Positions 47,877 through 57,699 are shown, counted from the stretch's first letter. The stretch is DNA of 64,000 bases from an uncultured bacterium (GCA_943787795.1 CALSNU010000007.1:32001-96000); one strand, 5' to 3'. Numbers and translations: made by a program. The notes: a model not told the origin generated them from the letters alone.

Positions 47877-48535
47877 GCCTCCAGATCAAGATCGCTGCTG
47901 CTGCAGCTCTCCTCGCCCTCTCGTCCTGCCGGACGGGGTGGACCCTCGATTCGATCCGCTACGGTTACCCCGACGAGAAGGTGGAGTCGCGTGTGGAGGG
48001 TCCTTCCCAAGACCAGCGGAACGACGCTCAGTCGGGGTTTGGCCCCTCGGTCAACCCCAAGTCGGACTTCCCGCTGGCCAGCTGGGAGGACGGCTCGCCT
48101 GTCGGGCAGAACCCCGCCGGCGTCGTGACGCAGACCAGTGGCCCGATCAACCCGGGGCTCGACGCAGGGCCATTCGGGAGCGCGTCTCGCTCGACGCTGC
48201 TCGACCTGTACCAGGAATCGGTGCAGCAGGTCGAGCGTCTCCAGCAGCAGAACGACGACCTCGAGGCGTTCCTGGGGCGGACCGAGGAGTCCTTGCTCGT
48301 CGCGACGCAGGAGCTGAAGGACGTCAAGCTGATGGTGGAGGAGCTGTCCACGGTCAAGACGCAGGTGGAGCAGGAGAACTTCGACCTCGCCGCTCGACTG
48401 GCGACCGCGCAGATCGCGCGCCTCGAAGCCGAGCGCTCACTCCTCGAGGCGACGATCGAGTGGCGGGCGATGAATGCCCGTAACAACGATCCGTCGCCCA
48501 ACTCGAAGGACCTCCAGGCCAATCAGGTGCGCTGA
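47873..48535 (+). CDS. Coiled-coil lipoprotein
   Basis: Lipobox LSSC; long heptad C-terminal half. Confidence 0.7.
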   Translation: MSLQIKIAAAAALLALSSCRTGWTLDSIRYGYPDEKVESRVEGPSQDQRNDAQSGFGPSVNPKSDFPLASWEDGSPVGQNPAGVVTQTSGPINPGLDAGPFGSASRSTLLDLYQESVQQVERLQQQNDDLEAFLGRTEESLLVATQELKDVKLMVEELSTVKTQVEQENFDLAARLATAQIARLEAERSLLEATIEWRAMNARNNDPSPNSKDLQANQVR

Positions 48536-49170
48536 TGTTGACCCACGTTCTCCGCCTGCGGCCTCTCGCGCTCCTGAGCCTCCTGGTCATGGCAACTATC
48601 GGTTGTCAGACGACGATTGAGGTCCCGACCATGGGATCCGCCCAGATCGTCTCTGACTTCGAGAGCTACACGATCCGACGGGTGGGGTTCCTTCCGTTCC
48701 GCCCCCTCCATTCCGCTCAGCTCGGTGCGGCGGACGTGGCGTCTATCGAGACGTCCTTTCACGCAGAGTTCTCTTCGGGAACGTCGTACGACATCGTCGC
48801 CCTCTCCGCGGATGACCTCTCGGAGATCCTCCCGCTGGAGCCCTTCCGCAGGGGGACGTACGCCCCTGAGGCGATCCTGGCGATCCGCGACCGCTATCGT
48901 CTGGACGCGCTCCTCGTCGGGTCGGTGACCGCTCGACAGGTCACACCGCCCCTGGTCTTCGGAGCGCAGATCGACCTGATCTCCTGCGAGACTGGCCAGA
49001 CCCTCTGGTCTGCCGACCTCTTGCTCGACTCGTCCATCGCGGAGACCCGGGAGGCCCTCGGTGTCTGGGCAGAAGAGAAGCTCGGGGAGGAGCACGCGGC
49101 GAGGATGGCGATGATCTCACCCCGCAAGTTCGCACACTTCGCGGCCTACCAGATGGCGCGGCTCCTCTGA
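48535..49170 (+). CDS. Lipoprotein of FlgO/CsgG/DUF799-like fold
   Basis: Lipobox TIGC; RRVGFLPF, LDALLVGSVT, DLISCETGQTLWS. Confidence 0.65.
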   Translation: MLTHVLRLRPLALLSLLVMATIGCQTTIEVPTMGSAQIVSDFESYTIRRVGFLPFRPLHSAQLGAADVASIETSFHAEFSSGTSYDIVALSADDLSEILPLEPFRRGTYAPEAILAIRDRYRLDALLVGSVTARQVTPPLVFGAQIDLISCETGQTLWSADLLLDSSIAETREALGVWAEEKLGEEHAARMAMISPRKFAHFAAYQMARLL

Positions 49171-49225
49171 GCTGATCGGGACGGGGCCGGCCTGAGCTGG
49201 GCAGGTTCGCCCAGGCCGGTGCGCC

Positions 49226-50398
49226 CTAGCCCGCGCTCTGGTTTCCGAGGCGCGCCTCGACGAGTTCGACCCAGAAGCTCGCTCCCACAGGCAAGGCCTC
49301 ATCATTGAAGTCGTAGCGCGGGTGGTGAAGATCGAACTCGCCGCCGGTACCGAGCCATACGTACGAGCCAGGGACCTCCTCGAGCATGAAGGCGAAGTCT
49401 TCACCTCCCATGCTGGGCTCAGGTGAGCGGTCGACGGCCTCCTCGCCAAAGAGGGAGGCGGCCACCTCGCCGGCGAACTGGGTCTGGGTCGGGTGGTTGA
49501 CCGTGGGGGGGTATCCACGCGAGTAGGTGACCTTGGCCGTGGCCCCCAGGGCCGCTGCCACGCCCGTGGCGATACGCTCGACGCCGGCCTCGAGCATGTC
49601 ACGCGTCTCCGGCCGGAACGATCGGCAGGTCCCGGTGAGGGTGGCGAGTCGCGGGATCACGTTGGAGGCAGAGCCGGCCTCGACCTTCGTGATCGAGACC
49701 ACGGCGGCGTCGGCGGGGTTGGTGGAGCGGGAGACCAGGGACTGCAGGGAGCTGATGACCTGGCTCGCGACGTACACCGGGTCGACCCCGCGGTGGGGCA
49801 TGGCGGCGTGGGCGCCGACGCCCTCGATCTCGATCTTGATGAGGTCGCTGGCGGCCATCATCGGGCCGGAGCCCACCGCCATCTGGCCGAAGCCAAGCTG
49901 CGGCCAGTTGTGCATGCCGTAGACCTCGTCGCAGGGAAAGCGCTCGAAGAGCCCGTCTTCCATCATGGCGCGGGCCCCGGCCAGGCCCTCCTCTGCCGGC
50001 TGGAAGATGAAGTGGACGGTCCCGGCGAAGTGGCGCGTGCTCGCGAGGTGCTTCGCGGCGCCGAGGAGCATCGTCGTATGCCCGTCATGACCGCAGCCGT
50101 GGAAGACCCCAGGGGTCGTGGAGCGGTGATCGGCGCCCGACTCCTCCTCCATGGGGAGCGCGTCCATGTCTGCGCGCAGTCCGAGCGCAGGTCCGTCGCC
50201 CAGCGCTCCTCTCAGGACGCCGACCACGCCCGTCTTGCCGAGCCCACGGTGGACCTCGAGGCCCCAGGACTCGAGGCGGTCTGCGACCGCCCGGGAGGTG
50301 CGAGTCTCCGCGTATCCGAGCTCGGGGTGCTGATGGAGGTCGTGGCGCCAGGCGGTCATCTCAGCCGCCATCTCTTGAAGTTCGGTTCGGGGTCCCAT
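49226..50398 (-). CDS. M20D amidohydrolase (hippurate hydrolase-like)
   Basis: RHDLHQHPEL, LRADMDALP, HGCGHDGHT, FQPAEEG, GHAA-like GAHAAMPH, GEDF, LHHP. Confidence 0.93.
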   Translation of the reverse strand: MGPRTELQEMAAEMTAWRHDLHQHPELGYAETRTSRAVADRLESWGLEVHRGLGKTGVVGVLRGALGDGPALGLRADMDALPMEEESGADHRSTTPGVFHGCGHDGHTTMLLGAAKHLASTRHFAGTVHFIFQPAEEGLAGARAMMEDGLFERFPCDEVYGMHNWPQLGFGQMAVGSGPMMAASDLIKIEIEGVGAHAAMPHRGVDPVYVASQVISSLQSLVSRSTNPADAAVVSITKVEAGSASNVIPRLATLTGTCRSFRPETRDMLEAGVERIATGVAAALGATAKVTYSRGYPPTVNHPTQTQFAGEVAASLFGEEAVDRSPEPSMGGEDFAFMLEEVPGSYVWLGTGGEFDLHHPRYDFNDEALPVGASFWVELVEARLGNQSAG

Positions 50399-50481
50399 GG
50401 GGTTCGGAGGGGCTTCTTGGCTCGGTGAGGCAGGGTGATGAGGGCAGCCGGACGGGGCGGCGCCGGAGGTCGAGAGGGTCG

Positions 50482-52482
50482 TCAGGGTCGCCGGACGACG
50501 AGCAGGGCGGTGGCCCCGAGGGCCGGATCGGGGCGCCCATCGAGGGAGGCCTCGATGGCGGCACGGGTCCTCGGTACCTCGCCGGTGAAGACCTCCTCTC
50601 CGTTCCAACGCACGGTGATGGCCTTGTCGAGGTCGATGAGCCGGTCATGAAGGAACAGGGTGAGCCGGGTCACGTCCGTGGAGCTGATCTCGATCAGCTG
50701 TTCCTCGACGGCCGCCTCGACCCGCGCCCTCGGGCTGCGATCGGCTTCCTCGGCGCCGAGCCAGTAGAGGCGGTCGTGGGCGACGTCGTCCTGGAGCCAG
50801 GTCACGCGGTCGGGCCAGGCGCGGCGGGTCCGGCTCGCCATCCACGGGAGGGCGACCCGGTCCTCACGCTGCATCCAGTGGCCCATCTCCGGGAAGATGG
50901 TCACCTCATGGTCATAGCCACCGGGGTCAGACTCCCGCAGCGCTGCGAGGGTGTCCTTCCAGCGCGCGGCGATCTTGTTGCGGTCGTAGGCCCCATCCTT
51001 GCCGCCCATGAAGAGCGCGAAGGGGAGGTTGCGGAGACCGTCTGGCTTCGTTTCGTTCGGGTGCCCCGCCATCATCGCGGCCGCGGCGAAGCGGTCGGCC
51101 ATGCGCGGCGCGAGCTGATAGACCCCGTCGCCGCCGGCCGAGTAACCCATCAGGTACACCCGGTCCGGATTGACCCCGCGCAGCGTCACGTAGGCGGTGA
51201 TCAGCCGGTCGAAGAGCGGATCGATATGCCCCTGGTGCCAGAGGTTCCAGGTGTCAGAGGGGGCGCGGGGTGCCACGTAGATCCCCTCGGCGGGCTCGTA
51301 GAGCTTGATCTGGTTCTCCCACTGCCCGTCGTTGACCTCGGCGGGAGCCCCGCCGCCGCCGTGCATCGAGATCCAGAGGCTGTGCCCGCGCTCCGGTGCA
51401 CTGCCGAAGACGCGCTCCTTGACACGCAGGGTCTGCCCGGCGGCCTTATAGGCCTTGGCCTCGGCCTCCCCGGAGAGGGCTTCGCTCAGGGCCTGCTTGC
51501 GCTCCTTCCAGATCTCCATCAGGAGGCGTTGAGAGGCCTCCTCGCCGAGCGGCTCCAGGCTCCCTGCCAGCTCATCGAGCGCGTCGGCGACCTTCTCGTC
51601 GTCTCCGACGTAGCGGGAGGTCACCTCGACGGCGGCCACGCTGGCGTCGCGAGGAGCCCAGGCGAGGGGGAAGGGGGTCCCGGAGGCGGCCCAGCTAGAG
51701 GCCCAGACGCCGTGCTTCACGTCTCCGGCGGTGGCCTGTGCGGCGTCCGCCACGAACCAGCCCCGGTTGAGCCCCTTGGCGTCGAACTCGTCCGCGCCGG
51801 TGAACTGCCAGCGCCCATCCACCCAGACCTCGGGCCAGGTGTGGTTGCCCCGGTCGTCATGCCAGAGGAAGACGCCCGCAGCGCGGGCAGGGATGCCGAC
51901 CGAACGGCAGGCCTCCACCAGGAGGATCGTGAGCCCCGTGCAGGTCGCGCGACCCTGCTCGATGGACTCCGTTGCGCAGGCGTTGGGGCGCTTGCGGCCC
52001 GTGTTGTAGTGGACCTTGATCTTGTCGTAGAGCTGGCGGTTGATGGCCTGCACTGCTTCCGAGGCGGTCTTGCTCTCGGCGACGATCGGGGCCGTCAGCT
52101 CGAGGAGCATGGGCCGCCAGCTCTCACGCTTCTCGTCGAGGATGGCGTAGGGCAAGACGTCGTTCAGGAACAGCTCGTTGGGGACGTCCTTGGCCCATGG
52201 GAAGCGAGCGCGGGCCTCGAACGCGAGGCGGAGGTTCTCGGCGAGGAGGTCGGCGGGCAGGGTCGCGTCACGTTCGGGACGGTGCCGGCGAAGGAAGCGC
52301 GCCGCTTCGAGCCCCGGCTCGCCATACTTGGTCTCTGCGAAGGCCTCGAGGGCCCCCCAGCCATCTTCCTGTTGCGCTCCTTGGGGCGCTGGAGCCCCTT
52401 TGAGGAGGAGATCGTGGGCAGGCTGGACTGCAGGCGCGCTCGCTGAGATCAGCGGCGCCACTTGGAGGAGGGCGAGGAGCAT
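50482..52482 (-). CDS. Secreted transglutaminase-like plus alpha/beta-hydrolase fusion
   Basis: ATCTGL, NHTWPEVW, GAD; then HGGG, GYSAGG, GGKD, MGHW. Confidence 0.8.
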   Translation of the reverse strand: MLLALLQVAPLISASAPAVQPAHDLLLKGAPAPQGAQQEDGWGALEAFAETKYGEPGLEAARFLRRHRPERDATLPADLLAENLRLAFEARARFPWAKDVPNELFLNDVLPYAILDEKRESWRPMLLELTAPIVAESKTASEAVQAINRQLYDKIKVHYNTGRKRPNACATESIEQGRATCTGLTILLVEACRSVGIPARAAGVFLWHDDRGNHTWPEVWVDGRWQFTGADEFDAKGLNRGWFVADAAQATAGDVKHGVWASSWAASGTPFPLAWAPRDASVAAVEVTSRYVGDDEKVADALDELAGSLEPLGEEASQRLLMEIWKERKQALSEALSGEAEAKAYKAAGQTLRVKERVFGSAPERGHSLWISMHGGGGAPAEVNDGQWENQIKLYEPAEGIYVAPRAPSDTWNLWHQGHIDPLFDRLITAYVTLRGVNPDRVYLMGYSAGGDGVYQLAPRMADRFAAAAMMAGHPNETKPDGLRNLPFALFMGGKDGAYDRNKIAARWKDTLAALRESDPGGYDHEVTIFPEMGHWMQREDRVALPWMASRTRRAWPDRVTWLQDDVAHDRLYWLGAEEADRSPRARVEAAVEEQLIEISSTDVTRLTLFLHDRLIDLDKAITVRWNGEEVFTGEVPRTRAAIEASLDGRPDPALGATALLVVRRP

Positions 52483-52700
52483 GGCCGGAGCCTATCAGCC
52501 TCGCCGGGATCTGCGGGTCAGCGGGGTAGACCCTGCTCCCGGCGGCGAGCCTCAAGGGTCCAGTCAGACCTATCGCTGGGGTCACCCAGGCCCGGCATCA
52601 GGGTCGCCCAGGCCCCGCCGTCCGCCGGCGCTCTCCGTAACGAAGTCTGCCGCAGCGCTCCCCGTGGGCTCGCTGCGGTTGGTGTGGGACTCGTCCTCGT

Positions 52701-53033
52701 TCAGACGGAGTCGCTCAGAAGGCGTTCCGCCGCGCGGGCCAGACGATCGCGATCGAAGAGAGTGCCGTCCTCGACGGCAGCTCGAAGCTGGGCGATCCGC
52801 TCGCTGCGGCCGCTGCTTGCTTCCTCGACGAAGTTCTTCGCACCTTCGGACAGTTCGATGGAGTCCAGGCTCTTGCCCAGCTGCTCGGTCTGTTCCTGGC
52901 GGTCTTCTACGCTCTTTCTGACTCGGTCAACGGTCTCTTGGAGCTCCGCGTTCCGCGACTCCGTTACCTGCCGGATGTCGGCATAACGGTTCGCGGGCGG
53001 GAGATCGCCTTGGTTGTTGTTCCTGAGTTCCAT
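52701..53033 (-). CDS. flgM: Anti-sigma28 factor FlgM
   Basis: DSIELSEGAK...RSERIAQLRAAVEDGT; sigma28 promoter upstream. Confidence 0.8.
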   Translation of the reverse strand: MELRNNNQGDLPPANRYADIRQVTESRNAELQETVDRVRKSVEDRQEQTEQLGKSLDSIELSEGAKNFVEEASSGRSERIAQLRAAVEDGTLFDRDRLARAAERLLSDSV

Positions 53034-53140
53034 GGTGTCCCCTCCTGGGAGGGCGCTCGCGGGGCGAGCAGTGAACCGACCAGACGGTCGGACTGATGAG
53101 CGGGCTTCTTTGTGGCACGAAGAAGATTCCGCCAGGGGGT

Positions 53141-53167
53141 TGATCGGAATCTGACGGCATAGCTTGA
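53141..53167 (-). promoter_or_regulatory. sigma28 promoter of flgM
   Basis: Minus strand reads TCAA-N15-TCCGATCA. Confidence 0.65.
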
Positions 53168-53356
53168 GAACCAAATGGCGGAAAGCCCATGGACCCGTTC
53201 GGCCCCCCCCAGCAGACCCCAGCGGGGCGCCTGGGGTGTCTCATCAGCGGAGCGGCGTCGAACGCCCCAGGTGCCTCATTTCGAGCCACCGGCCCGGCCT
53301 GCCGAGAGCCCTGATTCCGGATCAGGGACAGGTCCTCCGATCGTCCCCGGTGGGCT

Positions 53357-53384
53357 TCAATCCGGGCGGGTTCCAGGTCGATCT
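53357..53384 (+). promoter_or_regulatory. sigma28-like promoter of the CheX-like gene
   Basis: TCAA-N16-GTCGATCT, ending 37 nt before ATG 53422. Confidence 0.5.
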
Positions 53385-53421
53385 TCTCGGTGAAGGCCGC
53401 CCAGGGCAGCCGTATTCAGAC

Positions 53422-53988
53422 ATGCAGAATAGCCAGGAGCAGCGCTTCTTCGGGCGCGCCGATGCCACCAGCCTGCTGGACATCGTGTCCGAGGAGTTCG
53501 CCGACACGATTGGGCTCGTGATGCCCTTCTCCCTCGAGGAGCCGCTCGTGTTGGACTCCGTCCAGCCCGGCCTCCCTGGCGCTGAAGAGGAGATCCGAGT
53601 GGCCTTCCGCCTCGGCTTCAAGACCCCGGCGGGGGCTCGGGCAGGCTTCATCCAGGTCCCTCTCGAGTACGCGTTGATCCTCTCTGGTGGGCTGCAGACC
53701 CTGCCAGCGGACGAGATCCGAGCGATGAGCGCGAGGAAGGCCCCGAACGAAGAGGACAAGGCCGCGATCCATGAGTGCGGAAAGATCCTGGGCTGCGCCA
53801 TCGATAGCCGGTTCAAGGCTCAAATCGGCCCGGAGTACGAGGTCATCTTTGCTGGATGTCAGGGGATCGGCCCGGGTGGGCTGCCCAGCCTCCCGGGTTA
53901 CGCGGGAGGGGCCTTCACCGCTCGTTGGCAGCAAGCAGGCTTCCCGGGCTTCGACCACTTTGAGTTGTTGATCGCGATCCCCTGCTGA
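53422..53988 (+). CDS. CheC/CheX-fold protein (degenerate)
   Basis: EEDKAAIHECGKILGCAI resembles the D..SA..E..N helix; alternating alpha/beta pattern. Confidence 0.5.
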   Translation: MQNSQEQRFFGRADATSLLDIVSEEFADTIGLVMPFSLEEPLVLDSVQPGLPGAEEEIRVAFRLGFKTPAGARAGFIQVPLEYALILSGGLQTLPADEIRAMSARKAPNEEDKAAIHECGKILGCAIDSRFKAQIGPEYEVIFAGCQGIGPGGLPSLPGYAGGAFTARWQQAGFPGFDHFELLIAIPC

Positions 53989-54089
53989 GGGCCAGGTGCC
54001 TCGACCAGGGGCACCTCTATTGAGGGAGGTCGGGAGCGAGGCCGCCCTTCGGGTTGTGCGGTCGCCAGGCGCGACACACACTGGCGTGT

Positions 54090-56564
54090 ATGGCTCTCCG
54101 CTCTCATCTGGCCGCTGCCGGCCTCCTGCTGACCTTCCTGTCAGCCGCTGCCTACGCCTCAACCTCCCCGCGACCGCAGGACGCCGGGGACGGCAGGTCT
54201 TCCGAGGCGGACTACGTGATCCGCGCTCGCGTTGACGATGCCGAGCCGACAGATCTCGACGACGGGGTCCAGAAGCAGCTCAGCGGCACCATGAGCCTCA
54301 CCTGGCGCAATGGATCGGGTGAAGCGGTCAGCGACCTGTGGTTCCACCTCTACCTCAACGCCTACGCCAACAACCGAAGCCTCCACATGACCGAGGCCCA
54401 GGGGCGCCTCAAGGGGACCAAGGTCGACCGCGGCTTCGGCTGGCAGGAGATTCGATCCCTCAAGGTGGGCGATGTGGACCTCACGGACGCCCTGACGTTT
54501 CGCGTCCCCGATTCGCGGGCGCCGCTGGATCGGACGCTGTTCAGCGTCGACCTGCCCGAGCCCGTTCCGGCGGGTGGTGAGGTGACCGTGGAGATCGAGT
54601 GGGAGTCTCGTCTGCCGCGCGTCCGCCGCAGGACGGGGACCAAGGGCGACTTCATCTTCCTAAGCCACTGGTTCCCCAAGCTCGCCGTGTACGAGGGCGG
54701 CCGCGGCTGGAGAGCCCACCCGTTCTACATGAACACCGAGTTCTACGCGGACTACGGGACCTATGACGTGACCCTCGACCTGCCCGAGGAGTACACGGGC
54801 AAGATCGCGGCCTCCGGCAAGCGAGTCTCGGCTGAGGCGCTCCCCGACGGCAGGTATGCCGAGCGCTACATCGCCCCGGCGCCCGAGGACCAGACCTACG
54901 TGGACCCCGTGGCGGCCCGCGGATCCGGGCTCGCGCCCCGCGTCCACGGCTTCGCCTGGACCGCGGACCCCGACTACACCGTCTTCGAGCGGCCCTTCGT
55001 GTGGAACGAGTGGGCCAGCCGCCACGAGGCGGAGGTGGGCGAGGTGGCGAGCGCGCTTGGGCTCGAGCCCGCGGACCTCGTCGGGCGAGAGGTCCTGGTG
55101 AGGGTCATGGTCCACCCCGAGCACGCCTCACAGGCCGAGCGGCACTGGCGGGCGACCTGCGCCACGCTCTTCTATTACGGCCTCTGGTACGGGGCCTATC
55201 CCTACTCGGAGCTGACGGCCGTGGACCCGGCCTGGGGCGCCCGGGCGGCGGGAGGGATGGAGTATCCGACCATCTTCACCTGCGGCTCTCGGATGCTCAC
55301 CCGGCCGCGCATGTACACCCCGGAGTCGGTGACGGTGCACGAGGCCGGCCACCAGTTCTGGTACGGGCTGGTCGGTAACAACGAGCCCGAAGCCGCCTGG
55401 TTGGACGAGGGCTTCAACTCCTTCAGCGACAGCGAGACGCTCTTCCGCGAGTACGGCGCGCGGCGCGCCGCGTCGACCTACAGCGGCCTCCCCATGTGGG
55501 GGATCGCCCCCTCGGCGGCCCCGGGTTCCCGCTCCCTCGAGGGGACGGTCTCGCTCCAGAGCGTCGGGTTCCCTAACCCGATTCGGTTCGGCCTTGACCA
55601 GCTGGACGTGAGCGTCTCGAAGGACCTTCAGTGGCTCGTCCCCGGCGAGATCCAGGCGCGCCCCCTGACGGCCTCGCCCTTTGTGAAGTTCTGGCGTGAC
55701 CAGCCTCAGCTCACCTTTGTGGAGCAGGAGACGGACCCGCGCTGGGGCGACCGGTCGGGCTACCTCCGGGACCCGGAGTCGGACCCCATCGAGCGCAACG
55801 TCTGGGACTACGTCGACCGCGCCAGCTACAGCACCAACAGCTACCCGCACACGGCGGTGGCGCTGCGCTCGCTCCAGGCGCTGGTGGGCCGGGAGGCCTT
55901 CCTGCGCGGTATGCGCAAGTTCGCCCAGGACTGGCGCTACCGGCATCCCTACCCGGAGGACTTCTATCTCGCCTTCCAGGAGGGCGCAGACGCGGACATC
56001 CAGTGGTACTTCGAGGACGTCTTCCGCTCCACCAAGACCGTGGACTGGAGCTGCCAGGTGGCTCAGACGCGGGACCCCAAGTCCGCGGGGTGGTTTCGGT
56101 GTGACGATGGGTCCTGGACCTCGGATTGCTCGCCGGAGGCCCTGGCGAGCGCCGCCGAGGCTGCGGCGGACTCCGAGGAAGGCGAAGGCGAAGGCGACGC
56201 AGGCGCAGAGGAGCCCGAGAAGGCCAAGCGGCCCTGGGTACCGGACATCGTCCTCAGGCGGCGCGGCGACCTCGTGCTGCCCGTGAAGGTGCAGGTCACC
56301 TATGAGGACGGCGGCAAGGTCGACTTCGAGTGGACCCGTGAGATGCAGGGCGAGAAGAACTGGTGGCGACTGCCCATGGCGGCCGACGCGCGCAAGGTCA
56401 CCTCGGTGGTGATCGACCCTGAGCGGCTCTGGTTTCTTGATCGCAACATGACGGACAACCAGTGGTTCGCTGAGCGTGACAAGCTCGCGCCCTCAAGGTG
56501 GGGCGAGCGCGCGGCCGCGCGCGCGGCCAACGTCCTTCAGTGGTTCATGGCGGTGGGGGGCTGA
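54090..56564 (+). CDS. Secreted M1-family metallo-aminopeptidase
   Basis: Signal peptide; GGMEYP, HEAGHQFW...WLDEG, VIDP. Confidence 0.9.
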   Translation: MALRSHLAAAGLLLTFLSAAAYASTSPRPQDAGDGRSSEADYVIRARVDDAEPTDLDDGVQKQLSGTMSLTWRNGSGEAVSDLWFHLYLNAYANNRSLHMTEAQGRLKGTKVDRGFGWQEIRSLKVGDVDLTDALTFRVPDSRAPLDRTLFSVDLPEPVPAGGEVTVEIEWESRLPRVRRRTGTKGDFIFLSHWFPKLAVYEGGRGWRAHPFYMNTEFYADYGTYDVTLDLPEEYTGKIAASGKRVSAEALPDGRYAERYIAPAPEDQTYVDPVAARGSGLAPRVHGFAWTADPDYTVFERPFVWNEWASRHEAEVGEVASALGLEPADLVGREVLVRVMVHPEHASQAERHWRATCATLFYYGLWYGAYPYSELTAVDPAWGARAAGGMEYPTIFTCGSRMLTRPRMYTPESVTVHEAGHQFWYGLVGNNEPEAAWLDEGFNSFSDSETLFREYGARRAASTYSGLPMWGIAPSAAPGSRSLEGTVSLQSVGFPNPIRFGLDQLDVSVSKDLQWLVPGEIQARPLTASPFVKFWRDQPQLTFVEQETDPRWGDRSGYLRDPESDPIERNVWDYVDRASYSTNSYPHTAVALRSLQALVGREAFLRGMRKFAQDWRYRHPYPEDFYLAFQEGADADIQWYFEDVFRSTKTVDWSCQVAQTRDPKSAGWFRCDDGSWTSDCSPEALASAAEAAADSEEGEGEGDAGAEEPEKAKRPWVPDIVLRRRGDLVLPVKVQVTYEDGGKVDFEWTREMQGEKNWWRLPMAADARKVTSVVIDPERLWFLDRNMTDNQWFAERDKLAPSRWGERAAARAANVLQWFMAVGG

Positions 56565-56568
56565 TCTG

Positions 56569-57663
56569 ATGCCGAACTTCGACGAGAACATCGACCACGA
56601 CAACCACAGCCGCCCGGACTGGCGGTTGTTCCTGCGCGGCTTCCGAGCCGCGTTCTTCCGGACCAAGCTGTGGATCTGCACCTGGCTCTTCCTCCTGCTG
56701 CTGAGCCTCGTCCCGGCCTTCCAGACCGCGGCGTTCTTCAAGGGCGCTGTCGGGAGCCGCTACCCCTCCGCTGAGCTGGCGCGCGACCTGCACTCGAGCA
56801 TGGGCGCGCCGTCTACGGGGCTCGGCGCTGTCTTCCGCCAGGATCACGCGGACGGGCTGGCGCAGCTCAACAGCAGCGTGGCCAGCGGCGGCGCGGTGCT
56901 GGCGCTGATCGCGCTCCTGTTCGGAGTCTTCGCCGCCGGGGGCTGGCTCCAGGTCACCTTCGAGCAGCCCGAACGCCAGACCCTGCGTCGGTTCGGGTTC
57001 GGCGGCGCGCGTTACTTCGGCCGCATGCTGCGCGTCGCGCTGATGACCCTGGCAGCCCTCGCCCTCGTCCATTGGTTGCTCTACGGCGACCCCTGGAAGC
57101 GGCTCGTGCTGGGCTGGATCATGGACGTCCCCGCGAGCGACTGGGGCAAGCTCGAGACCCTGGAGTCCGAGCAGACCGTCGTGCAGCTCCGTTGGCTCCA
57201 GGACGGCCTCGCCGCCATCGGGTTCATGAAGGTCATGGCCTGGGTGATCTACACCCGCACCCGACTGGTGCTCCGGGACAGCCGCTCCGTCCTCGTCGCG
57301 GCGTGTGCGACGTGGTGGACGATGGTCAAGCATCCCGTTCAGACCATGCGGCCGCTGGCGCTTCTCCTCCTCCTGGAGGCGATCTTCGTCGTCGCGGTGC
57401 TGGGGTGGTGGCACGGGAGGCTCGAGGCCGGCTTCGAGGCCGATCCGACCTTCTGGCGTCTCGCGGCCATCGGCGGCGTGGCCCAGCTCGCCATCATCTG
57501 GCGTCAGATCACGCGCGGTGCCTACTACCACTGCGCGGGTCGCGTCAGCCAGGCGCTCATCGCGCCCAATGATGCCCACCCTGACCCCTGGTCCGGGACC
57601 ATCGGTGGGCCTGGCGGGCCGCAGTACCCGGTCAACGACGACGGGTACCACGTCTCCGTGTAG
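56569..57663 (+). CDS. Multi-pass membrane protein, co-operonic with the M1 peptidase
   Basis: About 6 hydrophobic helices; starts 4 nt after peptidase stop. Confidence 0.7.
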   Translation: MPNFDENIDHDNHSRPDWRLFLRGFRAAFFRTKLWICTWLFLLLLSLVPAFQTAAFFKGAVGSRYPSAELARDLHSSMGAPSTGLGAVFRQDHADGLAQLNSSVASGGAVLALIALLFGVFAAGGWLQVTFEQPERQTLRRFGFGGARYFGRMLRVALMTLAALALVHWLLYGDPWKRLVLGWIMDVPASDWGKLETLESEQTVVQLRWLQDGLAAIGFMKVMAWVIYTRTRLVLRDSRSVLVAACATWWTMVKHPVQTMRPLALLLLLEAIFVVAVLGWWHGRLEAGFEADPTFWRLAAIGGVAQLAIIWRQITRGAYYHCAGRVSQALIAPNDAHPDPWSGTIGGPGGPQYPVNDDGYHVSV

Positions 57664-57699
57664 GGCGCTGGACCTTCGGGGCGGCCGGGCGGCTCCTGT

